The notes beneath the pieces are model-generated. The model did no database searches. It had not been told where the DNA came from and was given only the letters and a program-made list of their open reading frames with translations. The position numbers were made by a program, and so were the translations under genes. Positions 16,406-25,517 of a DNA stretch of 64,000 nucleotides are shown piece by piece (position 1 is the stretch's first letter; each line of letters starts with the position of its first letter). Source of the stretch: a virus; the IMG/VR virus record IMGVR_UViG_3300037840_000216, positions 1-64,000 of that record, one strand, 5' to 3'.

Positions 16406-16485
16406 TGCCAGCGGTAGGAATCGAACCTACTTGGGCTACGCGCGACCGCTTTACAGGCGGCTTACAGTCCATCTGTGTCACTGGC
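16406..16485 (-). tRNA. tRNA-Tyr (GTA), short D-loop
   Basis: Loop CTGTAAA, long variable region. Confidence 0.8.
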
Positions 16486-16783
16486 ATATTCTAGCATCCG
16501 GGCGCGAACCCGAGGTTCCTAACTCGCTGGACTGCCCGCCTATGTAATGGGCTTGTCCCCTTAGCGAGGGGTCATCACAGGACCGGAGCTTTATAGGCGA
16601 CTCCCAAACTTCTGGGCCGGTGCTGCTGCGGAATCGATCGGAATGGCTACCGTACCGCTGGCAATGCTATGTTTCGACAGTATAGCAAACCATCTGCCTC
16701 CTGTCTAGAGGGTCTGTTGGGGCTCGAACCCAACCTAATCGGCGACCTGTTCGCCAGCCCTTTCTTGATATAGGTTCTAAGTA

Positions 16784-16852
16784 TGCCCCTCGTGGGAGTT
16801 GAACCCACCCTCAAAGATTAGAAGTCTTCGGCCTAGTTCCGCTAGGAAGGGC
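16784..16852 (-). tRNA. tRNA-Arg (TCT), non-canonical compact fold
   Basis: CTAG-CGGAA-CTAG D-arm, 6-bp anticodon stem, 3-nt variable loop. Confidence 0.75.
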
Positions 16853-16894
16853 TTATGCTGCTATGTCGTGCTGCGCCTACTATATCACACTCGA

Positions 16895-16927
16895 AACAAG
16901 AAGGGCTCCGATCTTTCGGAGCCCCTT
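16895..16927 (-). terminator. Intrinsic terminator upstream of the tRNA island
   Basis: GGGCTCCGA/TCGGAGCCC hairpin plus TTCTTGTTT. Confidence 0.6.
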
Positions 16928-17048
16928 AACTCGGCCTATGATTGGCTTCGTAGGGGGCTTAGCTCACAGCTTTGCCGTGTCCCATGTCTTCGTTCTGCTT
17001 AAGGAGATACATCATCTCACGTATTCTTGTGACGGACGCTGCCTAATT

Positions 17049-17381
17049 TCAAGTACCCGAGTGAAAAAGTTTGGGACGCGACTTCACGGAACAACAATCC
17101 TGATCTAGGTTAAAGGTCATCTCTTTGATCCTCGATTTCCACTCTAGGTGCCTGTCATGGCGGGCTTCTTGGTTTGCCGTGACCTTGCAGAGTTTATCCT
17201 TGACTCGTTCGATTGCTTGCGCTGGTGTTCTTCCGTAGCAAATGATCTGTTTGCCTCCTGTGCCCCAGTACTCGTAGGGTGTATTGAAATAAGCCGACTC
17301 CGCCTTCCACTTGTTACGGAATCGGCCAGAGGGCACGATCATAATCTTAATCCCCTCGTCGTAGAGCTTGTTGGTAATCAT
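17049..17381 (-). CDS. Hypothetical protein
   Basis: 110-aa ORF in a minus-strand gene string. Confidence 0.55.
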   Translation of the reverse strand: MITNKLYDEGIKIMIVPSGRFRNKWKAESAYFNTPYEYWGTGGKQIICYGRTPAQAIERVKDKLCKVTANQEARHDRHLEWKSRIKEMTFNLDQDCCSVKSRPKLFHSGT

Positions 17382-17423
17382 GACAGAACGGAAGATCCTA
17401 CTGGTACAGAGGTATCCAATGCG

Positions 17424-17933
17424 TTAGAACCCATCCCACTCAACCTCGCTCTCTTCCTCGTCAGGATACCTCACACTGAGGCTCTCAATCAACGACCATG
17501 AGGATGCGATTCCCAGTACATCAACTCCATTTGATCCACGCATCTGCTCAATCACATCTGTTGGAGTAGGGTCCTCTGGAGCATCGTCATCCGGCCAAAC
17601 CTCATTGACGGATAGCTCCACGTCAGGGAAGGAGATCACGAACTTGCGTTGACTTGTGTTGCCGGTCGGCTCCGTACCACCCATGATGCTCGCGCATAGC
17701 TCATCCAACGGATACTGCTCGTCACTCTCGGTAGGGGCAGTGAAGGTGGGCACTACGTATCCCTCTTGGACACTGCGCTCAACAGCATGGATGAGCTTGC
17801 TCATCGAGTTGATCAGTGCGCTCTCGACAGTGGTGAGCCTACGGCCAACTTCGGGAACGTAAGCCTCGCGCAACGCTTGCCGTGCCTCGGTGGTGAGACG
17901 TTTGGTGTCGATCGCGGTCGCGGATTCTTCCAT
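17424..17933 (-). CDS. Hypothetical protein
   Basis: 169 aa, leaderless start after TG-n-TATAAT. Confidence 0.65.
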   Translation of the reverse strand: MEESATAIDTKRLTTEARQALREAYVPEVGRRLTTVESALINSMSKLIHAVERSVQEGYVVPTFTAPTESDEQYPLDELCASIMGGTEPTGNTSQRKFVISFPDVELSVNEVWPDDDAPEDPTPTDVIEQMRGSNGVDVLGIASSWSLIESLSVRYPDEEESEVEWDGF

Positions 17934-17952
17934 TGGGGCTATTATAGCAAGC

Positions 17953-18159
17953 CTATCGCTTCGGCTTCTGAGAGGCGTAACGCACGGTCACGCCCTCCTC
18001 TTCAGCGAGCCTCTCCAAAGTATCTTCATCGATCGTCCCGACCATCCCAAGGGAGCCAAATGTTCCGTAGATAGGGAACACGGAGCACTGCCCATCGCTG
18101 TTGGACAAAACCGGAATGCGAATGGGGCCGATACGGAATTCATCGCCCCGGCGGATCAC
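17953..18159 (-). CDS. Hypothetical protein
   Basis: GTG start overlapping the upstream TGA. Confidence 0.45.
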   Translation of the reverse strand: MIRRGDEFRIGPIRIPVLSNSDGQCSVFPIYGTFGSLGMVGTIDEDTLERLAEEEGVTVRYASQKPKR

Positions 18160-18350
18160 TTGAGAGCCACCGTCTTCATGGTGGCGCTCTTCTCCCATCC
18201 GCCATCCTTACCGCGTGGGTGATCGATCGGCTTGCACTCGGCTAGCGGACGGCCCGGAGGAAAACGACGGTAAGCAGGATGGTAGCCGTGTTGTTCACGC
18301 TCCTGCTCCTTCGTCAGCTTTGGGGTAGCAGTAGGCGTCGCCTTCTTCAT
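18156..18350 (-). CDS. Hypothetical protein
   Basis: MKKATPTATPKL..., probably leaderless. Confidence 0.45.
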   Translation of the reverse strand: MKKATPTATPKLTKEQEREQHGYHPAYRRFPPGRPLAECKPIDHPRGKDGGWEKSATMKTVALK

Positions 18351-18573
18351 GTAGAGAAGTGTAGCAGAGATTAGACTCCGCAAGCACCCGACGACCTCCT
18401 TGTAGACAAGATAACGTGAGATTCGACAAGGACCAGAGGAGGTCCAGCACAAACTAGCAGGCTGGTTTGCTATACTCCCGGCCATGCCAACACAAACACG
18501 ACCCCAAAAGCTCACGAAGACCAAGACGGCTACACCAATCAGGGGTAGCGCACTCCAGCATCAAGGGAGCTTT

Positions 18574-19275
18574 ATGACGACCAAGCGAACCTACAAAACG
18601 CTCATCCAGGAGGGCAAAAACCTGGTTGCGCAGCTATCGCAACACCAATGGGAGCTAGGTGATCTCGCTCTTGAGGTATGCCCTCCTGACGGAACCAATC
18701 CTCACAACCACGACCTTCAAGAGTTCGCCGAAGAGATTGGGATTGGGTACAACTCGTTGAGGAGCTATCGCACTACGGCGGATGCTTGGCTACTTGCTAC
18801 GCGCGTAGCAAGTACGGCCTTCAATACTCACAAGATTCTTGCCTCCAATCCAAAGCGTACCAAGCTCATCAAGCCAGGGATGACGGCACTAGAAGCCGAA
18901 AACATCAGCCGCAAGGAACGCGGTCTGCTTCCAAAAACGAGAGAAAATTTCTCCGACGAAGCTCCTGAGGTTCCCTATAGCGATGACGGAAACAGTGGAG
19001 GGAGTTATGGGTTCGGCAATGGTTCTGAACGCAAACCCAAGGACCGCGATACACTCATCAAAGAGCTAGAGGATGAGCAAAAAGAAGAGCGTCTTGCCAT
19101 CGAGGCATCGCCCGAAGGAAAGGCCGCTCGACAAATCCAAGGACTTCTTCGAAAGGCCATCTCAACCCATGAGTCAAATCATGATGAGGCGATCGCCTTC
19201 TTCGAAAAGGCAGCTACGCTTCTAGCGCAGCACGCAGCCCTAACAATTCAGGTAACCGTCGAGTTGCCTGAGTAG
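18574..19275 (+). CDS. Putative DNA-binding protein (LmbU-like HTH region)
   Basis: QWELGDL..EFAEEIGIGYNSLRSYR..AW..FNTHKIL. Confidence 0.55.
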   Translation: MTTKRTYKTLIQEGKNLVAQLSQHQWELGDLALEVCPPDGTNPHNHDLQEFAEEIGIGYNSLRSYRTTADAWLLATRVASTAFNTHKILASNPKRTKLIKPGMTALEAENISRKERGLLPKTRENFSDEAPEVPYSDDGNSGGSYGFGNGSERKPKDRDTLIKELEDEQKEERLAIEASPEGKAARQIQGLLRKAISTHESNHDEAIAFFEKAATLLAQHAALTIQVTVELPE

Positions 19276-19291
19276 AAAGTAGGAAATCATC

Positions 19292-19876
19292 ATGTCGAGC
19301 TACAACGAAACACTATATAACGACGCCTCGGTCCTCGTTGAGGAGGGTGTCAAAGACGTACGTAGTGGAGATCGAGAGAAGCCCTATCGCACACTTCATG
19401 AGATAGCTATAGGGCTAGGTTTGATCCAATTGAAGACAACTACAGCGGAGAGAAATCGCATCATAGACAGACTACGCCTGACAATCCGTCATGGCCGTGT
19501 CGATGAGAATAACCTAAGCCCCATCGTCGGTCATGGTTATGTCGATGAGTTTAGTTGCCGCTGCTGGACAGCCGAGACGTTTCATCCCGATGAGGTTCTC
19601 GAAGGATGGCACGGACAAGGCAATGCAATTTCCGAGGGGACCTTCAAAAGACAAGATGAAGGTGTGGCCCTCATTGGGGATAGCGGTGCAAAGGCAGCCG
19701 TCGCGCAGAATGATCTGAATCGAAAAAAGCGCGAACAACTCGCTAAAGCAGCCCTCACACCAGCGCAACTGCGTAAAGCTCGTGGTCAGCATGGTCTAAA
19801 CACTCCGAATCAGAAAGAACTAGGTAAGTTCAAAGCCAAGAGCACTACACCAAAACGAACCGCAAAGTCAAACTAA
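19292..19876 (+). CDS. Hypothetical protein
   Basis: 194 aa, RBS, co-oriented with the previous gene, followed by hairpins. Confidence 0.65.
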   Translation: MSSYNETLYNDASVLVEEGVKDVRSGDREKPYRTLHEIAIGLGLIQLKTTTAERNRIIDRLRLTIRHGRVDENNLSPIVGHGYVDEFSCRCWTAETFHPDEVLEGWHGQGNAISEGTFKRQDEGVALIGDSGAKAAVAQNDLNRKKREQLAKAALTPAQLRKARGQHGLNTPNQKELGKFKAKSTTPKRTAKSN

Positions 19877-20093
19877 AACTATTCCTATCTCGCTTTCGCT
19901 CGATAGGAGTTAGGGTAGCACACACCTAATTGAGACGGGACCAATGATTGGTCCCGTTTTCATTTTCAGACTACGAGACATAGCTGCTGCCTCGGCTAAC
20001 GCTCGCGTGAGCACTCTCACGGAGACACTTGGCGCAGCGCATAGGGAAAGAACAGTGTGCGCGTGGTAGAAGACGTGGCCGGTGAGTACCCAA

Positions 20094-21803
20094 CTATATA
20101 CCGCACGCGCCACTTCGACACTGAGCGGTCCTAGCAGCATCCTCCTCAAACGTCACGCCCGTCTGTCCTAGCGCCTCCTCGTACGGGACGCCTACGAGCG
20201 GCTGACCAGCACGAGCGCCGTTCGGATACGTTGTCACGCCACGCAAACGCGGAAGGTAAGGATAGAGGGTATCAGCGAAGTCGCGAGCCTCTTGAGAGTC
20301 CGTGATCGGGTACGGCAGGTTGATCGTGGATGCGATGCCGTGATCAACGTACTCCTGAAGGTCAGCTTGGAACTCGATCCGGCGCTCGACGTTGTAGCTG
20401 AGCGCGTAGGCGTCCTCGATGTCCTCGTGATCCACGCCGCTCTCAATCAAGCGCTGCGCCGTGGGATCGATCACGTACTGGTGCTTCCACTTACCATCGG
20501 TGCTGTCTAGGAAGCGCCGCTTGTAAGCTACGCAGAAGATAGGCTCGGCGGAGGTCGTTGTCTCTCCGATGATGCCGATCGTTCCGTTCGGAGCAATCGC
20601 ACGAGTCTTGACGGGCCGACTGAGCTTGTGCTTGTCCGCCCATTCACCTGCGAGGTCTGTGGACTCCGCGTATGCCTCCAACCAGTCGCGTAGCTCGGGC
20701 ACCATTTCGTATCGGTAGCCACGCACAAGTAGCCACTCGTGCAGACCCATCAAGCCGAGCCCGAGACGACGGTTCTTCGCGCGGATCTCCTTCACCCTCT
20801 CGTATGGCACGTCTGAGTAGACGGTACCGGCGAGCAAGAAGAGAGTCGCTAGACGCACGACCTCTGCGAACTCCTCGCGGCTGTGAATGCGGGCCATGTT
20901 GATCGAGCCGAGGTTGCATACGTCCGAGTCGTCTTCCGATGTGATCTCGGTGCAAGCGTTTCGCAAGTTCTCGTTGACGTGCTCTCCGGTGTCGATGCTG
21001 AACCCAGGCTCGCCCGTCGCAACCATGTGCTCACAGGTGGTGTAGTAGACAGACTGGGCCAAGTCGTGCTGCGGATGGTTGGGGTCCTCGAACGCGAGGA
21101 AGAAGTCATCGTTCAAGATGACGGAGATGTTTGTCATGTCGAGTGGCGCGGGTGCTTCATCACCTTTCTCGACGGCTGCCTTCTTGGCTGCGACGATCTC
21201 CGGGGACCAGTCCTTGGCCTCGATCCATCTAAAGATGTCACCATGGTTCCAGTGAAGCCCAGCCCAGATGGCGGAGCGCCTGTGACCACCTTGCATAACG
21301 TGACGAGCGATCTCGTTGACCATCTTGGCAGGCGAGAGCGGTCCAGTTGCGAAGCCGCCAGTCTTCTGAATCAAAGTGCCGTAGGGGCGCACGTCTGAGT
21401 AAACAGCCCCAATGCCGCCACCAGAAGAGAGTGACATGATAGCCTTGTGAACCAGGTCCGCCCAACCCTCGCGCGAATCTTCACAACGAAGGAGAAAACA
21501 GTTGTTGATCTGATGGATAGTGCGGCCAGAGGAGGCTAGGTAGCGACCGCCGGGAATGAACTTGCGCTGGATGATCAATCGGACTAGAGCCTGAAACTCG
21601 GGGTCCTTGTCGGTGTAGTTGAGTGCCCCCAGTACGTGACGCACTACGCGATAAGCGGTGTCGGGCCAGACCTCGATCGGCTCTTCGTCCTCGTCCTTCC
21701 ATGAGTACTTGTCCATGTACTGCAACAAGGCCCACGGACCCATCTGTTCATCCTGCTCTTCAAAGTCGAAACCCGCCGTGGCGGGAAGTAGTGCTGCCTC
21801 CAT
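20094..21803 (-). CDS. nrdJ: Ribonucleotide reductase, probably class II (B12-dependent)
   Basis: FIPGGR, NNCF, NACTEI, CNLGSIN, RRLGLG, AIAPNGT, C-terminal C..GAC; no small subunit in window. Confidence 0.85.
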   Translation of the reverse strand: MEAALLPATAGFDFEEQDEQMGPWALLQYMDKYSWKDEDEEPIEVWPDTAYRVVRHVLGALNYTDKDPEFQALVRLIIQRKFIPGGRYLASSGRTIHQINNCFLLRCEDSREGWADLVHKAIMSLSSGGGIGAVYSDVRPYGTLIQKTGGFATGPLSPAKMVNEIARHVMQGGHRRSAIWAGLHWNHGDIFRWIEAKDWSPEIVAAKKAAVEKGDEAPAPLDMTNISVILNDDFFLAFEDPNHPQHDLAQSVYYTTCEHMVATGEPGFSIDTGEHVNENLRNACTEITSEDDSDVCNLGSINMARIHSREEFAEVVRLATLFLLAGTVYSDVPYERVKEIRAKNRRLGLGLMGLHEWLLVRGYRYEMVPELRDWLEAYAESTDLAGEWADKHKLSRPVKTRAIAPNGTIGIIGETTTSAEPIFCVAYKRRFLDSTDGKWKHQYVIDPTAQRLIESGVDHEDIEDAYALSYNVERRIEFQADLQEYVDHGIASTINLPYPITDSQEARDFADTLYPYLPRLRGVTTYPNGARAGQPLVGVPYEEALGQTGVTFEEDAARTAQCRSGACGI

Positions 21804-22072
21804 GTGATCCTATCTTATCGTTGTGTGGGTTACTGTTCGCTCAGCTTATCAGAGGAGTGGCAACCCAAGCTACTCGCAACCAAATAAAAATTCCCCCTCC
21901 CCCTCCCCCTCCTCTCTCCTCTCGCGCTCTTCTCTCTCCGACCCCCTCCCCAGTATAGCGTACACAGACAAACACTAAGTGTTTAGCAAAGGACTTGGGC
22001 CTGTTAGACACAGAAAACCGCCGAAGCACGCGCGAGCCCAAGTTGCTACCTCGCCGTGATAAACTTTCGCCG

Positions 22073-22384
22073 ATGTCGATCATCATGACTCAGCGATGTC
22101 TCTCTACCGAACCATGGTTCGAGATGTACGTGCCTTCCGCTACCGAACAGGGCAAGGAGTACCGTGTGTTGATGCCTTGGCCTGACGATGAAGTTGATGG
22201 TTTGGCCTGCGAATGTATGTCATTCGTCCATCGAGGGCACTGTCATCACCAGCAGATTGCCTTCGACTTGTTGTGTCGCTGGACCTCTTTTGAGGGTCCC
22301 GAGAAGCAGACTCGCGAGCAACGTCGCAACCGCATCTGCCCTCGTTGCGAGGGTAAGACTGTGGCCGAGGCTGAGTTCGAGTGA
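22073..22384 (+). CDS. SWIM zinc-finger protein
   Basis: CEC..F..RGHCHH plus CPRC. Confidence 0.75.
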   Translation: MSIIMTQRCLSTEPWFEMYVPSATEQGKEYRVLMPWPDDEVDGLACECMSFVHRGHCHHQQIAFDLLCRWTSFEGPEKQTREQRRNRICPRCEGKTVAEAEFE

Positions 22385-22408
22385 ACCTGAGTGATATGAT
22401 GGACGATC

Positions 22409-22981
22409 ATGACTAACAACCTCACTCAGATCACCAAGACGCTTGGCAGCGCACACCGAGCAAAGTCCACTGCAGAAAAGGAACTCAAGGAGTCACGAAC
22501 CAAGTTCTTCGATGCGGTCGATGAGGAGATCGTTGCCACCGAGACGCTCGCTCAGCAGACAGTTGACATCCCGGCCGATGTCGAGAGCGCAGAGGCGTAC
22601 GTCACGCAGTTCTACCCAGGCTGGAGAATCGTCGGGGACGAGCTAAAGAAGGGCACAGATTCAGCCCTCATCGAAGAGGACCCGGCTTTCAAGAAGTTCG
22701 TCTACGTCAACCACGACGACGGGTATGTCTACCGGCGCAACGTCTCTCAGGGCGGACCGTCCTTGGACAACGAGCGCCTCAAGGCAGAGAACCCGAAGCT
22801 CTGGAAGCGCATCACCGAAGAGAGGGTGCAACCGGCAACGAAAGTGCGCGTGCTCAAGGACCTAGAGGAAGTGGACAACAAGGATCTGGCAGCGATGCAA
22901 GAGTACTTCGTACCCGGCCCGATGACGGTCAAGCTCGACGCTCCTCGTAAAGCAAAGCCGGACGAGTTGGATGCGGCTTAG
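22409..22981 (+). CDS. Hypothetical protein
   Basis: 190 aa, coding-like composition. Confidence 0.75.
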   Translation: MTNNLTQITKTLGSAHRAKSTAEKELKESRTKFFDAVDEEIVATETLAQQTVDIPADVESAEAYVTQFYPGWRIVGDELKKGTDSALIEEDPAFKKFVYVNHDDGYVYRRNVSQGGPSLDNERLKAENPKLWKRITEERVQPATKVRVLKDLEEVDNKDLAAMQEYFVPGPMTVKLDAPRKAKPDELDAA

Positions 22982-23272
22982 ATGCGAACCACCACCCGAG
23001 CCAATTGGAGATTTTCTTTCACAATCTCAGACTTGGGACGATTGCTTGGAAAGTCTCCGGTCACTCTCCGAGGCTGGGATGATCGAGGACTGGTCGATAT
23101 CCCACGGGACCCTTCAGGGGACCGCAAGCTTGGATGTGCAGATATCCGTACGATTGCCGATCAAGCTTTCGAGCTTGGTCGTATCAATCGTCGCCGTGCC
23201 AATCTAGTGCATGCTACTATGACTCTCATAGAGCAGATCGAAGCAGAGAATAACTGGAGAGCAAAGGAATGA
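22982..23272 (+). CDS. MerR-like HTH protein
   Basis: FTISDLGRLLGKSPVTLRGWD..G..R..SGDR. Confidence 0.7.
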   Translation: MRTTTRANWRFSFTISDLGRLLGKSPVTLRGWDDRGLVDIPRDPSGDRKLGCADIRTIADQAFELGRINRRRANLVHATMTLIEQIEAENNWRAKE

Positions 23273-23481
23273 ACCCGCCTCGCATCAAGATCGTCAGCGA
23301 CGGTCACGCTTCAGGTACAAAAGCGTACGTGGAAGACGATGACGGCAAAATCACCTACATTCCAAATATAGTTAGAGCGTATTGGCATGTTCATGCAGGG
23401 TCCCCGGCACAAGCAACGCTAGATCTCATCAACGTCGAGGTAGACATCCTTGGCGAGAAGAATGAAACCAAAGATGACTGA
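23269..23481 (+). CDS. Hypothetical protein
   Basis: ATGA coupling with upstream gene. Confidence 0.6.
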   Translation: MNPPRIKIVSDGHASGTKAYVEDDDGKITYIPNIVRAYWHVHAGSPAQATLDLINVEVDILGEKNETKDD

Positions 23482-24118
23482 TCTGCGCATAGGAATTCTT
23501 GGAGCACCCGGAGCAGGCAAGAGCACTTTTGCCAAAGCTCTAGCCACCAAGCTACGGTCTGAGAAAGGCGGCGTCACACGTCAGACGGTCAAGGTCGTGG
23601 ATGGCTACATGGATAGCCTCATCAAGCGTACCGGCTATGCCTTCGACATCTTTGCCACCTACCCGCAGAACTATCAGATCCTCTTCGAGCGCTGGACCAG
23701 GGAACAAGAGGCTGAACATGCCGGGTGCGAGATACTGATCACGACCGGCTCACTCTACGAAACGATCCTCTACACGGCGCTTCGCGTCAACTCGGATATC
23801 GTGCTTAAAGAGGACTCCACTGTGCAGCTACAGGGACGCGCCGCCATGGAAATGCTTGGGGTCACGCAGTCACTCATCGCCACACACGATCTGCTACTAT
23901 TCTTGCCGTATGATGGCAATATACTCACTGAGAAGGGTCACTCGTACGATGTGGCCATCAATGAGAAGCTACCCGGCGTCGTCGCGGGGTACTTCCGCCC
24001 GCTCACAGAACTCACCGGCACAACGAAGAGGAAGGTAGCTGATGCCGTCCAAGCAATCCAAGCCATCGAACGTACCAAGTCCGCTCTCGCTGCGGCGGAT
24101 CAACAATCGGCAGTTTGA
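23474..24118 (+). CDS. P-loop nucleotide kinase-like protein
   Basis: IGILGAPGAGKST. Confidence 0.75.
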   Translation: MTDLRIGILGAPGAGKSTFAKALATKLRSEKGGVTRQTVKVVDGYMDSLIKRTGYAFDIFATYPQNYQILFERWTREQEAEHAGCEILITTGSLYETILYTALRVNSDIVLKEDSTVQLQGRAAMEMLGVTQSLIATHDLLLFLPYDGNILTEKGHSYDVAINEKLPGVVAGYFRPLTELTGTTKRKVADAVQAIQAIERTKSALAAADQQSAV

Positions 24119-24896
24119 CGAGATCGAATCGCTGATCAGGAAGTCGTCCTTGATCAAGCTCGGTCAGTGCCCGACGTGTGAAGCCAAGGCCGAACATGTT
24201 GCGGAGGCTCTGATCTGGCCGACTGACAGCACCTATTTCTACGACGACAAGGATCACCCCTGCAACTGCGCAGAACAAGAGACGCTATTCCGTCACTACA
24301 TGCTCGCGCGTATCCCTGAGGAGTACATGCGCCTCGGCGTAGATACCTATTGGGGGGATCCTGATGCAATGGCGGCGGCGCTCGCGTACATCGAGAACTG
24401 GCCTAAGCTACGCAGATACGGACTCGGCATCGGCTTCTATTCCAAGGCGCAAGGTACAGGTAAGACCTTCCTCGCGATGATGATTGCGCGCGAGCTAGTC
24501 AAGCAAGGCGAGTCGGTTCATTGTATCTTCTTCCGGCGCATGGTCGAAATCTACGATTTGGATGTGAAGGAACGCCGATTCGAAGAGGAGCGTATCCGCG
24601 ACTGCACAGTGCTCGTGTTGGACGAGGTAGCGCGTCCGGTGTCCGAGGCTCAGCGTGCCCTTTTTGCGGAGAAGTTCGAGGAGTTGATTAGGCATCGGAG
24701 CAACTACAACAAAGTCACGATCCTGACGACCAATATGGAGCCCGACGAGCTTGACACTATTTACCCACGTACATACTCACTACTCGCAGCCAAGGAGGAG
24801 TCGGTCTATGTCAACGGCACGGACGTACGCAAGGAGAACCTGAACAATCTCAACAAGGAACTCGCCCTGAACGGCGAAATCCGTACTATCATTTAG
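24042..24896 (+). CDS. DnaC/IstB-like helicase loader ATPase
   Basis: CxxC..CxC, GTGKT, VLVLDEV, TILTTN. Confidence 0.85.
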   Translation: MPSKQSKPSNVPSPLSLRRINNRQFDEIESLIRKSSLIKLGQCPTCEAKAEHVAEALIWPTDSTYFYDDKDHPCNCAEQETLFRHYMLARIPEEYMRLGVDTYWGDPDAMAAALAYIENWPKLRRYGLGIGFYSKAQGTGKTFLAMMIARELVKQGESVHCIFFRRMVEIYDLDVKERRFEEERIRDCTVLVLDEVARPVSEAQRALFAEKFEELIRHRSNYNKVTILTTNMEPDELDTIYPRTYSLLAAKEESVYVNGTDVRKENLNNLNKELALNGEIRTII

Positions 24897-24904
24897 GAGG
24901 CATC

Positions 24905-25432
24905 ATGTGGTTCGTAGTCAGTAAGAAACGTTATTACGAGCATCTTAACCAATGGGGTCTTGCAGAACGCAAACGACAAGCGAAAATAGGTGAGCTAGAA
25001 AAGACGATCGAAGACCAAGACGCACGCCCGCGCAGCACGGAACGAGAGAAGGTCTTGCAAGATCTGCAAGAAGCGTTCAACTTGATCCTTGGGTACCAGC
25101 GGGCGCTTACCATCGTCGGAGGGGCCGATCCTCAGATCTCCAAGGCTAACGCTCTGCTGGAGCGATACGGATTGCAAGGCGAGGCTAGCGCCTCATATTT
25201 GGGGTTCAAGCGCGTAGAGGGATTCAAAGAGCCGCGCGCTGAGGAGTCGCCGAAGCGACTTTCACCCGAGTGGTGGGCGCAAGAAGAGAAGCGCTGGGGC
25301 ACAGAGGCATACGGCAACGCCAACGTACGTATCGAGGCTGAGGCTATCGATGACGGCGATGACAAGGAGCCCGGTTATACCCGCGCGGTGGTGCGATTCG
25401 TGGACCTCGACGCAGAGCCCGACGCATCTTGA
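24905..25432 (+). CDS. Hypothetical protein
   Basis: AGGAGG RBS. Confidence 0.7.
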   Translation: MWFVVSKKRYYEHLNQWGLAERKRQAKIGELEKTIEDQDARPRSTEREKVLQDLQEAFNLILGYQRALTIVGGADPQISKANALLERYGLQGEASASYLGFKRVEGFKEPRAEESPKRLSPEWWAQEEKRWGTEAYGNANVRIEAEAIDDGDDKEPGYTRAVVRFVDLDAEPDAS

Positions 25433-25517
25433 CCTGCTACGATCAAGACCGCAATGGCTGTTGACCTAGACATAGAGCTTCTAAGTCACCTCGATGTTGT
25501 TCTAGTTGAGGTCTAAT

